The notes beneath the pieces were generated by a model. The model made no database searches. It saw nothing but the letters and a program-made list of their open reading frames with translations, and was not told the origin of the DNA. A program made the position numbers and the translations under genes. Shown here piece by piece: positions 46,501-61,620 of a stretch of DNA of 64,000 nt (position 1 is its first letter; each line of letters begins with the position of its first letter). This stretch comes from Schmidtea polychroa (lineage: Eukaryota). The DNA lies in NCBI GenBank assembly GCA_044892525.1, contig CM097885.1, forward strand, positions 29,824,001 to 29,888,000, in the 5' to 3' direction.

Positions 46501-48106
46501 TCTTGTGATGACATTTAGATAAAAACTTTCGTTTCTTGGAATCTGGATGTTAGTGGGCTGATAATATCTGGTTGGTAATTGGTTGTTATTATCTAGTTAT
46601 TATCTAGTTATATTCGATAACTAACAGCTTCTACAAAATCCAAAGAATCTACTAGGTCATCCTGGAAGACTAATCCGAGAAATTGATAACGTGTTTAGTC
46701 TTTTATCAAAAGGTGAATGCATTTAAAATTAGGACAGGATATGTTATCAGATTACACAAAAATCCATCATAATTTAATATCAAATAAAATAAGTAGATTA
46801 TTTAACAAAATTAAATTATTTTTAGATAAAGAAATACCAATCGAAACAAGAAGAAAATATGTCGTTTGTATTATGTTTTGAGTATGATTTAATTATTGGA
46901 GATTCAATAATAATAAAAATTAAGATTGAATTAATTGTTGAAATATTAAATTTATCACAGAAAATATCTCGATGTTAGAGGATATGGGTCTTTTATTAGA
47001 AAGTTAATTTATTAATAAAAATAATTTAAAATATACAAAAAACAAATAAAATATAAAAATATCTATTGCCTAAGATAAATATCTCAAAATTAGAGTATAT
47101 GGGTCTTTTATTAGAAAGTTAATTTATTATTAAAAATAATTTAAAATATACAAAAATTAAATAAAATATAAAAATATCTTTTGGCTAAGATAAACATTTT
47201 TAGAAATTAAAATGTAAACAATAATTATTTAAAATTGAAAGTTCAAATATTGAATTAAAAAAAATTTTTTTGGCAGAATGGGTTTATTTAATTATAGTTG
47301 AATTATTTGTATTTTTTTAAAGTTAAAAATGAAAGTGTGTATGTAAGTCATAAATATCATAAGAAAATTTAAATGATAAAAATTAATTTATTATTAAAAA
47401 TAATTGAAAATATACAAAAAACAAATCAAATTTAAAAATATCAATAAAAATATTTAGAAATAAAAGTTAAAACAATTTTTAAAATTTAATATTTTTTTTT
47501 AAAAATGGAAGGTCAAATATCGAATTTAAAAATATTTTAATCCAAATTTAAAAAAAACATTTAATTATAATAATAATATTGAAATTTTAGATCAAGATGA
47601 TAATAAACAATTAGAATGTTACAATTATATTTATGAAAAATATATATAAAATATCAAACTTTAAAGAAAATTATATCAGAATATGATTTTAAAGATAAAA
47701 AATATATTAAAATTTCAAATATATTTTAACAAAAAATATTGAAGTACCAACAGATTTATAATAACTCTAACAGTTATATAAATACATTTTTTTAGTTTAA
47801 CTAATTCAATGAAAAAGAATTTTAAAACAATGAAAAATTCGAAATTCAGAACAATTCAGAACCTCGTCCAAATGAAATTGGAAAAAGCCCTAAATAACTT
47901 TCCACCAGCATCCAAGATGAAAAACAACGATAACTAAATGCCAATTAATAGTAAAATAAATAATTAACAGTTTAATCAATAACTTATATATAATTAAAAA
48001 TAAATAAAAAAATTAAAAAAATTAAATCATTAAATTATATTATATTTCTGATTATTCTTGAATGAAGATTTTGAACTTTTTGAATTCTATGATTGTTGAG
48101 TTCTCA
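40541..48106. repeat. ~2.16-kb satellite, ~3.5 copies (second array)
   Basis: Same as 9639-17239. Confidence 0.93.
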
Positions 48107-48904
48107 GTTTCTGGTTGTTTGGTAGTGGAAATCTCTCTGTCTTTGGCGGCCAATGCGTTCATATTTTCTTTTGAAATTTTGTTTTCGGTATTTCTTATCT
48201 GGGAAAGGTTGGCAGAGGTTTATATTATTTTCTTTATGTTCTTTGAGGTTTTATATAAAATATATTTATCATTTATTTGTTCTTTGATAAAATTTTATAA
48301 TTTGGTAACCACTATCATTGAGTAGCCTACAGATGTCACAAGAGACTCAGACACTGTAGAGCTGTCAAATCCAATAGAACTCACAACTATCGAGCAACCA
48401 TGTAGAAGCATGGAAAATAATGAGACCGCAATCTCTACAGTAAACAACGAAAACATAGAAATTGACGGAACAAGTCGGGGAATAATAATAAAACCCATTG
48501 CACCTGTACTCAAAGAAAATATATCAAATAACGAAACAAGAAGGCAATCAAGACAAGATAAAAATATCAGATCCAAGAGTCAGAAGAAAGAAAGACAAAT
48601 AATTGACTCCGATAGCCATTGATACCACAAAACAAAACAAAAAACTACGTACCGGTGGAGACCATCAACGGCAAATAATTGGCTTATGGTAGTTAAAAAA
48701 CATCCAATAGCCAGTTAACCGAATGGAAAAATGCCTTGAAAATATTTTTAGCATAAAAGCCCACATAATATAGTTAATAAACTATAATATGCAGGCAATT
48801 AGTTAATCTAAATTTCAATCTAGAAATTTAAAGTTAATTTTAAAAACGACATGAATGAATCATAAAGACTCAATACATATCTACACAATGAATGATTCAT
48901 AAAG

Positions 48905-49505
48905 AATCAAATCATCGCGTCAGATGGGGATGAAGTTCAAAATCTCGCAGTTTACACCACTCGAATTCTTACGCTTCCCCGACCGTAAAGTAAGTCGTCT
49001 ACAAACGATTTAATGCCAACACGTAAATCATTAAAAATGATTCAAACATCCAAACTATTTTCATAGAATGGTTAGAGTTTAAATATATGGCTAAGCCACA
49101 TCCACTAACTTGCGTTAATGAATAATAATATTGCCTCATTACGAGGATGGCACAAAATATCATGATTTTTAGGCGAGATTCAGACTTAGAGGCGTTCAGT
49201 CTTAATCTCTCGGATGGTAGCTTCGTGCCACTGACCTTTTGATCAAGCACATTTACCAGTGATCCGAATCTGCGGTTCCTCTCGTACTGACCAGAATTAC
49301 TATTATCATGACAAATTATATAGTAGGGTAAAACTAACATGTCTCACAACAGTCTAAACCCAGCTCACGTTCCCTATTAGTGAGTGAACAATCCAACGCT
49401 TTGCGAAATCTGCTTCGCAATGATAGGAAGAGCCGACAACGAAGGATCAAAAAGCGACGTCGCTATGAACGCTTGGCCGCCACAAGCCAGTTATCCCTGT
49501 GGTAA
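48905..49505 (-). rRNA. 28S rRNA 3' fragment (pseudogene, second copy)
   Basis: Same as 18038-18638. Confidence 0.93.
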
Positions 49506-51345
49506 TAGCACAAATTCGAAAATCGGAGAAGATGAAAACATCACAACAATATCAGAAATACAAAAATTACATCAAAAAAACAGTCATTTGGAATCAAGAA
49601 TGCAGATAATGATGAAAATGATGCAATCATTGACTGAAGAAATAAATACTCTAAAAAAATGATGGACAAATCACAAAATGGGAATGAAACAGATAAAAAT
49701 AATCAAAGAAACAGTTATGCCCAAATTGCCAAAAAATCAAATAGCAATTTAAATTTCCAAGAAAATGATAAAAATTTGAATTTTACAAATTGTAAAAAAA
49801 ATTCAAATTCGGAAGAAAATAATAAAAATTTAAATTTAAATTCAAATTTAAATACAGAAAATCAAGAGAATTTAAATATTTTAAAATCAAATATTAATGA
49901 TTTTAAAATTTCGAAGAATACATCATTTAAAAATTTTAAAAATAAGAAAGATTTTATAAATAATAAAAATGATTTTAAGCCAATAATCAATCAACACTGA
50001 AATCCAGATCTGCGCTGAGAAAATTAATACTACAACACTGAATTCTCAACCAGTAGAATCAAACAGAAAGAGAAGAAAGGCAATCTTAGCAAGTGATGAA
50101 GAGCAAAATCTTCCAAAAAAGACTAATAATCATAAAGAGCAACCCATATTCGACCAACCTGAAAAATTGATTGGAGGAGGACCAAGTGATAATGAGAACT
50201 TCCAGATCCACGTTACTAATGAACTAACCTACAAATGTGCTCTGATTGGATGCATATCCAAATCTGAATCATTAGCCGGGATTAAACAGCATGTATCAAG
50301 AGCCCATAAAATCAGGACAACATACACTAAATGCCATCAATGACCAAACAATATTCAACAACATGAAATTGAAGAACATGTCAAATATCATAAAGAGTTG
50401 ACAAATAAATATAAAGATGCGAAAATGGATGTCATAATTCCAACAAAAAATGACATTCCTTCAAACATCGCATGACTAGCACAGTCAGCTATCGAGGCTC
50501 AAATAAGATCAATCATAAAAGAGCCTAAGAACAAAGATAGCATAATCTGTTACTTAAATCCCCAGTGCGCTAATGACCTAATATCAAACAACAGGAATGG
50601 CCTCTTTAAAAAGTTAAAAATGGATGCCCTTGTTGGATGTGAGCTTACTATTTGGCTAATCCATTGGAATAAAAGTCATTGAACTGTATACCTTGCAGAA
50701 AGGAAAAACAGGACGTCAGTAATTATGAACCCTGACAATCAAATGTCTCAAGAACTTAAGATTTCCATCAAAAAGAAAATAGATGATATACTGAGAATAA
50801 CTTCCTCCGAGCAAGACAATGAAATGCAATTAATGAACATCCCAATCTATCCAACTCAGACAAACAAATATGATTGTGGAGTGTTCGTTATTCAATATAT
50901 AATGGACTTCCTAGAAAATCCGGAGAGGCCCATATTCAATATGCCCGACTCCGATAAAATAAGAACCCAAATAACATCAAGCATATTAGAGGATATCAAA
51001 AGATACAAAAAATGCTCAAATGAATCAAAGAAAGAAGATATAGAAGATGCTATAAACCAATTTAGATTACACCAGCTATCAATAAACGATATACTAAATT
51101 GGCTCAAACACAGATTTCTAAAAGATCCTAAACCGAGAAGGGCATGCAGAAGCGAAAATAAAAAACCCAATCTATGCTCATACCAAATACAGAGGATATA
51201 CTCAATAAACTCTGGCAAAGCGATAATGCAAATACATAATGAATCATGCAAGGTTATTGACCTAACATCAACGTCAATGGACCTGCATTTTACAAAACCA
51301 AAGCCACCAAAAATACAGAACATGATTAATATTGCGTACAAAAGA
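49506..51345 (+). mobile_element. Decayed NeSL-like retrotransposon 5' part (second copy)
   Basis: Same as 18639-20478. Confidence 0.87.
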
Positions 51346-52520
51346 AGTAGTAGGATGTGGGCTCCCCCGGCCAGGAGCTCCCCCGGCCACATATACCCCC
51401 TCCCCCCCCCGGGAAAAAATTTTTTTTTTAATTTTTTGTTTTAATTAATTGGCCGGGCGGGCTCACACTTTTTTTCATCCCAAAAATTAATGTTCCTGCC
51501 AACAGATTTTATTGACCGATACCTCATCTTAAAGCTCAGTCCAAGACCTTTCGAATGAGCTATAGGTATCATATATATCTTTAATAGTTTTAATGTTATT
51601 AACAATTGATGACCACCATCTTTTCAACGTTAAATTATTATTATTTTCCAAAATATTATTAATTGGCCGGGCGGGCTCACACTTTTTTTCATCCCAAAAA
51701 TTAATGTTCCTGCCAACAGATTTTATTGACCGATACCTCATCTTAAAGCTCAGTCCAAGACCTTTCGAATGAGCTATAGGTATCATATATATCTTTAATA
51801 GTTTTAATGTTATTAACAATTGATGACCACCATCTTTTCAACGTTAAATTATTATTATTTTCCAAAATATTATTAATTGGCCGGGCGGGCTCCTACTTTT
51901 TTTCATCCCAAAGATAAATGTTCCCGCCAACATATTATATTGATCGATAGCTTATTTTAAAGCTCAGTCCAAGACCTTTCTAATGAGATATAGATTTTTA
52001 TCATACGATGACTCATCACATTTTTAGAACAAAGACAATGACTCATCACATTTTTAGAATGATGCCTCTTATTTTTAGAATGATTACGTCATATTTTTAG
52101 AATGATGCCTAATATTTTTAGAATGATTACGTCATACTTTTAGAACGATGCCAAATATTTTTAGAATGATTACGTCATACTTTTAGAACGATGCCTAATA
52201 TTTTTAGAACGATGCCTAATATTTTTTGAACGATGTCTATTATTTTTAGAATGATTAGTCATACTTTTAGAACGATGTCTATTATTTTTAGAATGATTAC
52301 GTCATACTTTTAGAACGATGCCTAATATTTTTAGAATGATTACATCATAATTTTAGAACGATGCCTAATATTTTTAGAATTAATAATTTTGTTTTAATTA
52401 TCGATGATTATATAATTTTGTTTAAATCATTGATTATATAATTTTTTTTTGTTTTAATTATCGAATACGTAATAATATAATTTTGTTTAAATCGTTGATT
52501 ACATATTATTATTTTCTAAG

Positions 52521-52595
<75 letters not shown>

Positions 52596-52860
52596 CATAT
52601 ATACACCGAGTCTATCCGACAAGATATTCTGTCCCCCTATGGGTACTGCTCACAAATGTACTACTCACATTCAACAAGTCACAAATGTACTACTCACACT
52701 CAACAAGTCACATGGGTACTGTTCACAAAGCTACTGGTAAAAATATTCAAGACAAAACTTTCTAAATTCTAAATATTATTCTTTAAATATACACTAAAAT
52801 TTATTAACACATTCAAATTCATCATCTCCACAGTTCATAACATTTTCAAATACAATTTCA

Positions 52861-52896
<36 letters not shown>

Positions 52897-53249
52897 GCGC
52901 GCAGGGAATATTATTATCATATATACTCTTAATCCATCCGACAAAATATTCTATCCCTTTATGGGTATTGCTCATATGGGTAATGGTCAAAGGTGTACTA
53001 CTCACATTCAACATGTCTCAAAGGGTATAATATAATTATTATTAAATTCTGACCAACTTAAATCAATGAAGGGGTAGAACAAAAATATATTAAGTTGCGG
53101 TATTTTAAATTTAAAAATATTTTAAAAACTTATTTTGACACTAAAGTTTACTTAATTAACAAAGACATAATTATTGCACATGCTTTGCATAAATATTATT
53201 ATTTTTTAAATTTTCAATATTTTCTTTTAAAGTATTAACACGCGCGGGA

Positions 53250-53366
<117 letters not shown>

Positions 53367-53569
53367 GTTAACGAAAAATCTAAAATATGGTTTACACACA
53401 CAACCCCTCAACCATTATTATTATTATCAATATTAATAACCTAAAATATTTTCTACACACACACACACATGCACAACTCATTAACCATTATTATTATCAG
53501 TATTAGTGAAATTCTAAAATATTTTCTACACACATATACAACCCATTAAACTTTTATTATTATTATTAA

Positions 53570-53666
<97 letters not shown>

Positions 53667-56600
53667 GTTGCAAATATTAGTTAAAAAGATAAATTATTTC
53701 TACACACATACACAACCCATTAACCATTATTATTATCATTATTAGTGAAAACCTCAAATATTTTTTACACACACACACAACCCATTAACAATTATTATTA
53801 TCACTATTAGTGAAAACCTAAAATATTTTTACACACTAAGTTATGGGGTAGAGAATTATTATATGTTTGCAGTATTCTGTGTTTGCCTTTACAGGAAGTT
53901 GTCAATATGGAGCGATAATTTTATACATACATTCTATATACACATACCTTGTTTAACATGGGTGTATATACTCCTAGTCTATCCGACAAGATATTCTGTC
54001 CCCCTATGGGTAATGCTCACAAGGGTACTACTCACATTCAACATATCGCAAGGGTATATTAATTAAGGTTAGTAAATAAAACCTATCACACACACTATTT
54101 AAACGATAAAAATCAAGACAAGAGAGGACAAGGCAAAGTGTATGCATTTAGTATTGCCAGGCCTAATGAGCAGTGATCAAATATCTGTGCCTGAAAGACA
54201 CGGTGGATATTTGTTCGCGTCCACAAGGGTCGTCTGTGCCTCCCCCAAGTGGGGTCAGAAGAACCTGGGCATTATAGCTTTCCGTACGGAACATTACGCC
54301 TAGCATGGGTAGTCAACTACCAGCACATTCGAAACGTATAATTTCAAAATACATGCGTCATTGGCACTATAACCAAATTAATTAATGTTTTCACTAACAC
54401 AAATATATATTTACAGAGGCCTCCCACTAGTTGGATTACAACCGCCCACCACGACGATCAGCTTGTAAATATATATTAATTAAGGGATAAAGAGGACCCA
54501 CCCAACCCTATTATATTTAATTTACAAATTTTTCTCGCTCTTCTGCTGGTATTCTATCTCAAAATTATCATCTCCATCGGGCCATTTGGAATACATCTTG
54601 CGAATTGGACATATTTCTTAGTTTCTGATGTGGCGTCAACTATCATTGCTAAAATTTATATTGATTTAAAAGCAATTAACTTACATTATCTAGCATTTTA
54701 TCGTCACAGGCTTGATAAATTAGGCAACTGTTATTTGTGGTATACTTTTTCAATGTCATTTCCCACCATAAAACACAGATACCTAAATATAATATATATA
54801 TTTTAAAGAATTAATTCATGTCTTACATTAATAATAATATTCTTCAGGTAGTACTTTACAATATCTAATTGCTAAAACATCGGTTTTCCCATTTTTCTTG
54901 ACAATCGTTGAAAGTTTACATAATTTAAGTCTGATAATTCATGTTGAAGGACACCCACAATCAGCTAATTCATTTAAGAAATCCGGAACATAGCAATGTT
55001 TCACCATTTTGTCTGGTTCATTTTTTTCTATAATTCATGTTTTAATAAGAAATTTCTAAATCCAGAACATAAGTCATTTAGTGTTTCACCATTTTATCTG
55101 GTTCATCTTCTTCATAATCATATAATTCATTTTCTTCATTACTAAGTAAAATAATTAAAATATTGTAGTAAATTCTTTATTTACTTACTTTATGGATACT
55201 AAAACGAAAGAAATAAAGTTATATCAAAAGTATATTTAAATAATTTAAATTTAAATAATTTAATTTAGTTATTTAAAAATATTTAAACAATTTAGTTATT
55301 TAAGCATATTTAAACATTAACATTATTATATAGTATAATTTTATATAATATTATAATTTTATGTACACTTATATATCCTTCATTTAATTTTTTAAATTCA
55401 AAATTTATAATGAAGATTCTTTGAATTAAAAAATATTCTGTTAGTATTTCCAGGCAGTAAACAACGAATTCAATAATTAAAATCTTAATTTTCATGTTGT
55501 TAGGGTTGTGGCCAGAAGTTAATCGCCATCTAATCGTTTGTTCTCAATTTAGCTCATTTTTGTTCAAAACATTCAGGTGAGTTGTTATCTGGAAAGTTTC
55601 TTTGAGCTCAGTTTTGTTAAAACACTCACGGTATTTTTGAGGGACGTGTCACTGGAAATAAATTAACAATGGGTAGTCATACATACATGTTGTTGGTTTG
55701 AACTGTTGATTTATTTTAGAAATATGTATATTAAAAACATTTAAGGTATCATTCAGTAAAATAATATAGTATTTTTGAGTATTTTTAGTTGATTTATAAA
55801 TAACAGTATTTTGATATATCAATAAAGACCATATACTCCTAGTTTATCCGACAAAATATTCTGTCCCCCTATGGGTATTGCTAGCAAGGGTACTGGTCAC
55901 ACTCAACATGTCGCAATATTAATCATTTAGAAATTCTTAGGTAATTTAGTGAGATGATCGTGAATATTTTAAATGTAACTTTACACTTATGTCGAGCGAC
56001 TAATTTATTGGTTAACTTTTTAGACATTTAAAGCAAAAGGTAATTTATTCATCTAATGTTCGTTACAATAGATAATAATATGAGAAAAACATGGTCATTA
56101 TTCATTGATAATTTTAAATTCTTTATCATTTGGAGTAAATTTGTTTGAGGCAAAAATAATTAAAGGAGTCATAATAGAAATATGGTTATCATTTATCCAA
56201 TTAAGGGGCTTATTAGTTAGAAATATAAAGTAACAATTCTTTTCTAATTTAATTAGATGATCATTAGACGTAGTATATCTTTGCGAGAAATTTAAGATGT
56301 TTGAGTAACCAAAACAATGATATTTTGGATCATCAATTTATGAATATTGGTTAATTTTGTTATTTTTAGTCATTTAAAATAATATTTAGCAAAGGTAATT
56401 TAGCAAAATATCATTTATCCATCCGATAATAATATTCCTTCAATAGATTTTACCTTTAATATTCAACCGATTTAATTTCTAGAAATCTAATTAAAATCAT
56501 AAAATTCCTTCAATAAAGTTAAATTTTCTTTAGCCGTTGTCGATTTCCAACTTTTAAGTCAATATTTCTCAAGTTTTGTCACTGATGTCCCCACAATGAA

Positions 56601-57354
56601 TAAAATAACTTCTTAAGTAAATAATTTAAAGCAATAACCTTTGATATCAATCCCAATTAATTCTAAAGATTTCAAATATTTCATTGTGAAAACCAAGTAA
56701 ATTGATCATTAACCCTAAACGACTTAATAAAACAATGGATAATTAATATAAAACTGGTTCTAAAACATAAATCTAAATTACTGTGCAATAACATTCATCA
56801 CAACCTAATAAACCTCTAAAACGATATAATTTCACAGGAACTATTATTAATTCATAGCTAAATACTGACTATTTCCCTTTAAAATTTTACCAATAAGAAC
56901 ATTGTCGATTTAAATAGAGATTTCAAACATTTCCACCTTAACCGATCCCTCACCAAATATTTCTATCATTTTAAACACCTTAAAAATCGTATATTACCAT
57001 CTTAACCAACCGACTTTAATATATCAGACCTTTAATATATCAATTCTCTTAAAATCCATAGAAAATTCTTCAAAATATGAATTTTATTTATTTGTTACAG
57101 ACATCCGTCCATTGAAATAATTTAGTATCTAAATTCATGTAGTAAGAGCCCATTAAAAAAATCAAAATTCACTAAAATCAATATTTTCTACAAATATTTC
57201 ACCACATTTACCATCAAATACCTAACTAGAAATGAAATATATTGATTGATCATAATTCTTCATCGATTCAGCTAATTATATAGCAATTATAACGTGATAT
57301 ATCTTTCAAAATCACAAATTTCAGTATATTTTACAATAATTTTTACAAAAATTA

Positions 57355-57391
<37 letters not shown>

Positions 57392-57424
57392 TAATAATAA
57401 TAATATTAATAATATTAATAATAA

Positions 57425-57488
<64 letters not shown>

Positions 57489-57518
57489 AACAACAACAAA
57501 GGATACAAAATACATTTA

Positions 57519-57901
57519 TTAATCATCAAATTTTTTATACAACAACCAAGCTAAACAATGTTGACCGCATGTTTGTGTCAAGGGATTTTGAAACATTGTT
57601 TTATTATATACAATAGGTTTCCCCATTGTTTGTAGTTTTGATACCAACAAAGCAGGGTAATAGAAACCCATAGGATCGAACACGAATATATTACTAGGTT
57701 TCACATATATAGCAATCCAATGTTCTCCACCAAGATGAGACGATTGAGTATTGACGATTATGGCTTGATTATTGCTCAAATATGGGATTTTATCGAGAGG
57801 AAAACTCCTACAAATTCATTTCCCAATATCTGTTTTCCAATTCTATTGACCTGAACAGAACTACTTTAATAAATTAAACAGTATTGAAAAACTTACTCCA
57901 T
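57519..57901 (-). pseudogene. Protease copy 3 with a 1-nt deletion at ~57801
   Basis: GGAAAACTCC here versus GGAAAAACTCC in the other copies; could be a homopolymer sequencing error. Confidence 0.7.
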
Positions 57902-57929
57902 GACAACTTTTTGGTGTTTCTGTATACAT

Positions 57930-59153
57930 TTATACTAGCACGGTTCTATTTGCAGTAATTTGAACTTCATTTTCAAATACTCCATATATTATAACATGTA
58001 CTGGTTCAGTAATGGCCTTTGCAAACTTTATATCCAGTCGTAAATTCCCGTTTTGTGGTAATTGACTCTGATTTAAATCAAAATCGGGAGCTAGAACAAA
58101 TGTGAAAAATGGGTATTTGCTTTTAAATTCTTCAAGAGTTATTCCGCAATTCAAGTTTTTATCTAAATAACCCAGATTTCTAACAATACTCTGCATATAT
58201 GTCGCACAGTAATTATCATTCTCGAAATCTTGAGTATATGTTTCTCTATAATCAGTATTTTTCGATAAAGTCAATGAAGTAACACCAAAATTTTTGAAAA
58301 TTGAGCTGGAAGCAGTATACGATCCATTATATTGCGTTTCACTTTGAAATGTTACCAGAATAAAATTAGGCATTCTTCTGTCACCAAATATTTGTTCTTT
58401 ATAGAATGATGAAGCACCTTTAGCAATAGCAAATTGTACAATTTCCTTTGTTTTTAAAGGATAAATTGCATGTTTTGAATTAAGCCCCAATTGATGACCA
58501 GCTAATACTGACGGGTCTACTCGAACTCTTCTCACCAATAATTTTGCATCAACTAATTGACATATTGGTGCACCAGTTGCACTAGTAAGAGACAATGCAG
58601 AATCAGATCTTTTCAGTCTAATATGTATATTAACTCCCGGTAGTAAATATTTCGGTTGATCCATAAAATCAAGTTGTAATGATGAGCACATAGTGAATAC
58701 TTTTGAGCCTTTAACCCACTTTTTTCTTTCATCATCTGCTGCAGCATAACCCATAGGTGTAAGACAGGTATTTTTAGTATCTGAATTGTAATTTAAAATA
58801 GTTTCTATCAAAGCCTTGTGAATGAATGTATTATTTCCACCCTCAATCTTGATATTATTAAATCCCAACACTGCATCTTTAAACAGAGTATGAAACATGA
58901 AATTGTTTGGTAATACATCCGCATTGGCATCCAAAACCTTTCTATCTTTATCTACAACCTTGATCTGAACAGTCAATAAAGTATCGTTCAAATCTAAATA
59001 TTCAGTTTGCGAACCATTAATATAAAACTCGATATCATTTCTACTATCAGTAATTGAATTCATAGGAAAAACTTCCTCAAAGGCACCAAATTCTATTACT
59101 GCCTGGGGCGACGGTCTATCAAATATACATAATTCGGATTTACCACAAATCAT
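57930..59153 (-). CDS. Major capsid protein (copy 3)
   Basis: Same protein as the other copies. Confidence 0.88.
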   Translation of the reverse strand: MICGKSELCIFDRPSPQAVIEFGAFEEVFPMNSITDSRNDIEFYINGSQTEYLDLNDTLLTVQIKVVDKDRKVLDANADVLPNNFMFHTLFKDAVLGFNNIKIEGGNNTFIHKALIETILNYNSDTKNTCLTPMGYAAADDERKKWVKGSKVFTMCSSLQLDFMDQPKYLLPGVNIHIRLKRSDSALSLTSATGAPICQLVDAKLLVRRVRVDPSVLAGHQLGLNSKHAIYPLKTKEIVQFAIAKGASSFYKEQIFGDRRMPNFILVTFQSETQYNGSYTASSSIFKNFGVTSLTLSKNTDYRETYTQDFENDNYCATYMQSIVRNLGYLDKNLNCGITLEEFKSKYPFFTFVLAPDFDLNQSQLPQNGNLRLDIKFAKAITEPVHVIIYGVFENEVQITANRTVLV

Positions 59154-59512
59154 TTTGCAAATATAGTTCCATGTCCTTTCATTCGTTTGTTTATACGCGA
59201 TATTCCATGCCCTTTACGTTTTGGAGCTGGGACTGGAGGTGTATCTTTTTGAAACATACCAGCAACTCCAGGTAGAACCTTCCCTAACTCAGCTAAAGCA
59301 TTTGTTTTTAGGGATGGTAATATTTTCTGTTCATTAATAATCACATCTTTTGCAGTTTTCATGCCAAAACTACCAATACGTTTAAGAATGGGAAGTGCAA
59401 ATCTCCCTATTGTTTTTAACCAACCTGATCCATACTGTTTACCAATAAAATATGGTAATTCACCACCAGATTGGCTATCACTATACATACTAATAATATC
59501 GGAATTAGCCAT
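59150..59512 (-). CDS. Small basic virion/core protein (copy 3)
   Basis: Same protein as the other copies. Confidence 0.7.
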   Translation of the reverse strand: MANSDIISMYSDSQSGGELPYFIGKQYGSGWLKTIGRFALPILKRIGSFGMKTAKDVIINEQKILPSLKTNALAELGKVLPGVAGMFQKDTPPVPAPKRKGHGISRINKRMKGHGTIFAK

Positions 59513-60558
59513 CTACTTTACGAAAATGTAGTGTCAAATGAGTTTTTGAGTCTTTTGGGAAGTTTATAAGTTTTCCACTATCGTCACGAATATTTATTTC
59601 TATATTGTTTATACATGAGCTTGAAATTGGTAAATACATGGGATTATCTATATTTATATTGACAACTTCATCATGTTCATATTTTCCAATCCACACCGAT
59701 TTCAATAGAGGAACACTGGAATCACCAACTATTATAGGCTCAATAATATTAGTATATATGAACATTTGTTGATGATGTTCAAGTATTCTTGGTTTACGTA
59801 TACCAGCCGATTTTTCCCGATATTGCTGCTTCTCTAATCCAAGTGTATTTGTCAAATTTTTCGCAAATGTCATCATTCAAACTGAAGGTAAATAACAAAT
59901 CTTTCACAATATCCAAACTTTTAAATATGTGTGAACAATTATACTTTAAATATTTAAGTAACACATCAAGTTTATCAATATATAATTCGTCAGCGAAGGT
60001 GAATGATTCTTCAACTTCATTATTATACGACACTGAAATTTTGATTTCTTCTCTCATTACACTGTTTGCTTCAAATAGATCAAAGCGTAATAAATATTCT
60101 GTTTCCATAACTTCATTTTTCAACTTATTGCAACCCATTCGTCTGGCATCTTCAATATAATCGAATGTTATTGTAAATGGTTTAAAATCACAACTGATAT
60201 TTAATCCATCCTTGTAAAACATAGTGCAATGCTGATCTAATATTTGATTCGGAATATGATATGTTTTATCATAATTACTGATAATAAAGATACCACTACA
60301 TGTTTTCATAGCATTCCTTTTGAAATCAATCTTACATTGACTATAAAATGGGAATGTATTGTACACGAATGTAAAATCTTGCAGTGCAACTTCCCAGTCA
60401 CCATTTAAAGAAATCGGATTCTGGAGATTGACCATGAATTTACTGGCTTGATTATCTGAATAAATAAGCGGGCAACTATTGCTTGGTAAAATAGTATAAA
60501 AATTCACTTTACTAGGTCCTTTTCTGATATCCATGATGGGTTTTGATAACCATGCCAT
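59505..60558 (-). pseudogene. Frameshifted minor capsid protein (copy 3)
   Basis: Same split as the other copies. Confidence 0.8.
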
Positions 60559-61559
60559 TTGACATAGTATTGTTTATCCTTGCCTTTATTTTTAGTTTTC
60601 AAAATCTTCTGAATTCTAAATACTTTTGGGGGAGGAATAACTTGTAATTCCTGCTCATAAAATTTTCCTTGTACAATATTGTTATCATTGTCTTTGATGA
60701 CATACATTACAGGATTCTGTTTAGTATTTATTTTTGAAATTACAAAGACTTCATCACTCCAATTCGTATCAAAATTTTTAATAAATGGTGATGCACTAAT
60801 TTTACTAATTCTAACATGGTCACCTACTTTATATTTCGGTTTTGTAACTTTTTCAGATTTTTTAGAATAGATTGTTTTTGACGTGATATCAGTCGGCCTT
60901 AATCCATTCAGTCCTTGATGTGATGAGTGATTATAACTGGTTATTATTTTTGGTAAAACCAATACCCATTTTTTATTACCTTGATGCACGAATAATTTCT
61001 TTAATCTATCTCTCAAAGTTCGGTTAAATCTTTCAACATGAGCAGCTTTGTATTGAGAATGTACTGAGTAATGGTTTATTTTCAATTTATTGAGGATTTG
61101 CTTGACTTTACTGTTGTAGAATTCTTTACCTAAAATAATAATAATAATAATAAAAATAATAATATTAATACCTAAATCAGTTTGCAAGTTTTTAGGATGT
61201 CCATCTTTAAATAAATGATTAACAGCTTTGGACATTTCATCTGCAGATTTTGCCTTGACGGGTATTGCTCGGGCAAACCGACTGAATACATCAATACATG
61301 TTAAAATATATTTATACCCATTGTTAATTTTCGAATAGGGTATCATCTCCATCAAATCCATTTGCCATAAATCATTTATTCCATATGTTTTATATGCTCT
61401 TGTTGGGAATCGTTTCTGCATTGGTTTGTTCAAACTGTACGCAAGCTGGTCTGATAACCACTTCTGAGTTTCCTTTTTCGAATTCGGAACTCTTTTCCTT
61501 AATTTTGCCACTCCACCAAAACCGGCTTCGTCTTCCGGGTTCGTCCAAATCTTCTCCAT
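60504..61559 (-). CDS. Chromo-integrase (copy 3; intron 61130-61171)
   Basis: As copy 1. Confidence 0.9.
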   Translation of the reverse strand: MEKIWTNPEDEAGFGGVAKLRKRVPNSKKETQKWLSDQLAYSLNKPMQKRFPTRAYKTYGINDLWQMDLMEMIPYSKINNGYKYILTCIDVFSRFARAIPVKAKSADEMSKAVNHLFKDGHPKNLQTDLGINIIIFIIIIIILGKEFYNSKVKQILNKLKINHYSVHSQYKAAHVERFNRTLRDRLKKLFVHQGNKKWVLVLPKIITSYNHSSHQGLNGLRPTDITSKTIYSKKSEKVTKPKYKVGDHVRISKISASPFIKNFDTNWSDEVFVISKINTKQNPVMYVIKDNDNNIVQGKFYEQELQVIPPPKVFRIQKILKTKNKGKDKQYYVKWHGYQNPSWISEKDLVK

Positions 61560-61620
61560 TACAACAAGAAGATTTAATATTAAATTTAATGTCTGGTAAT
61601 GAAGGATTAGCACCCATTGT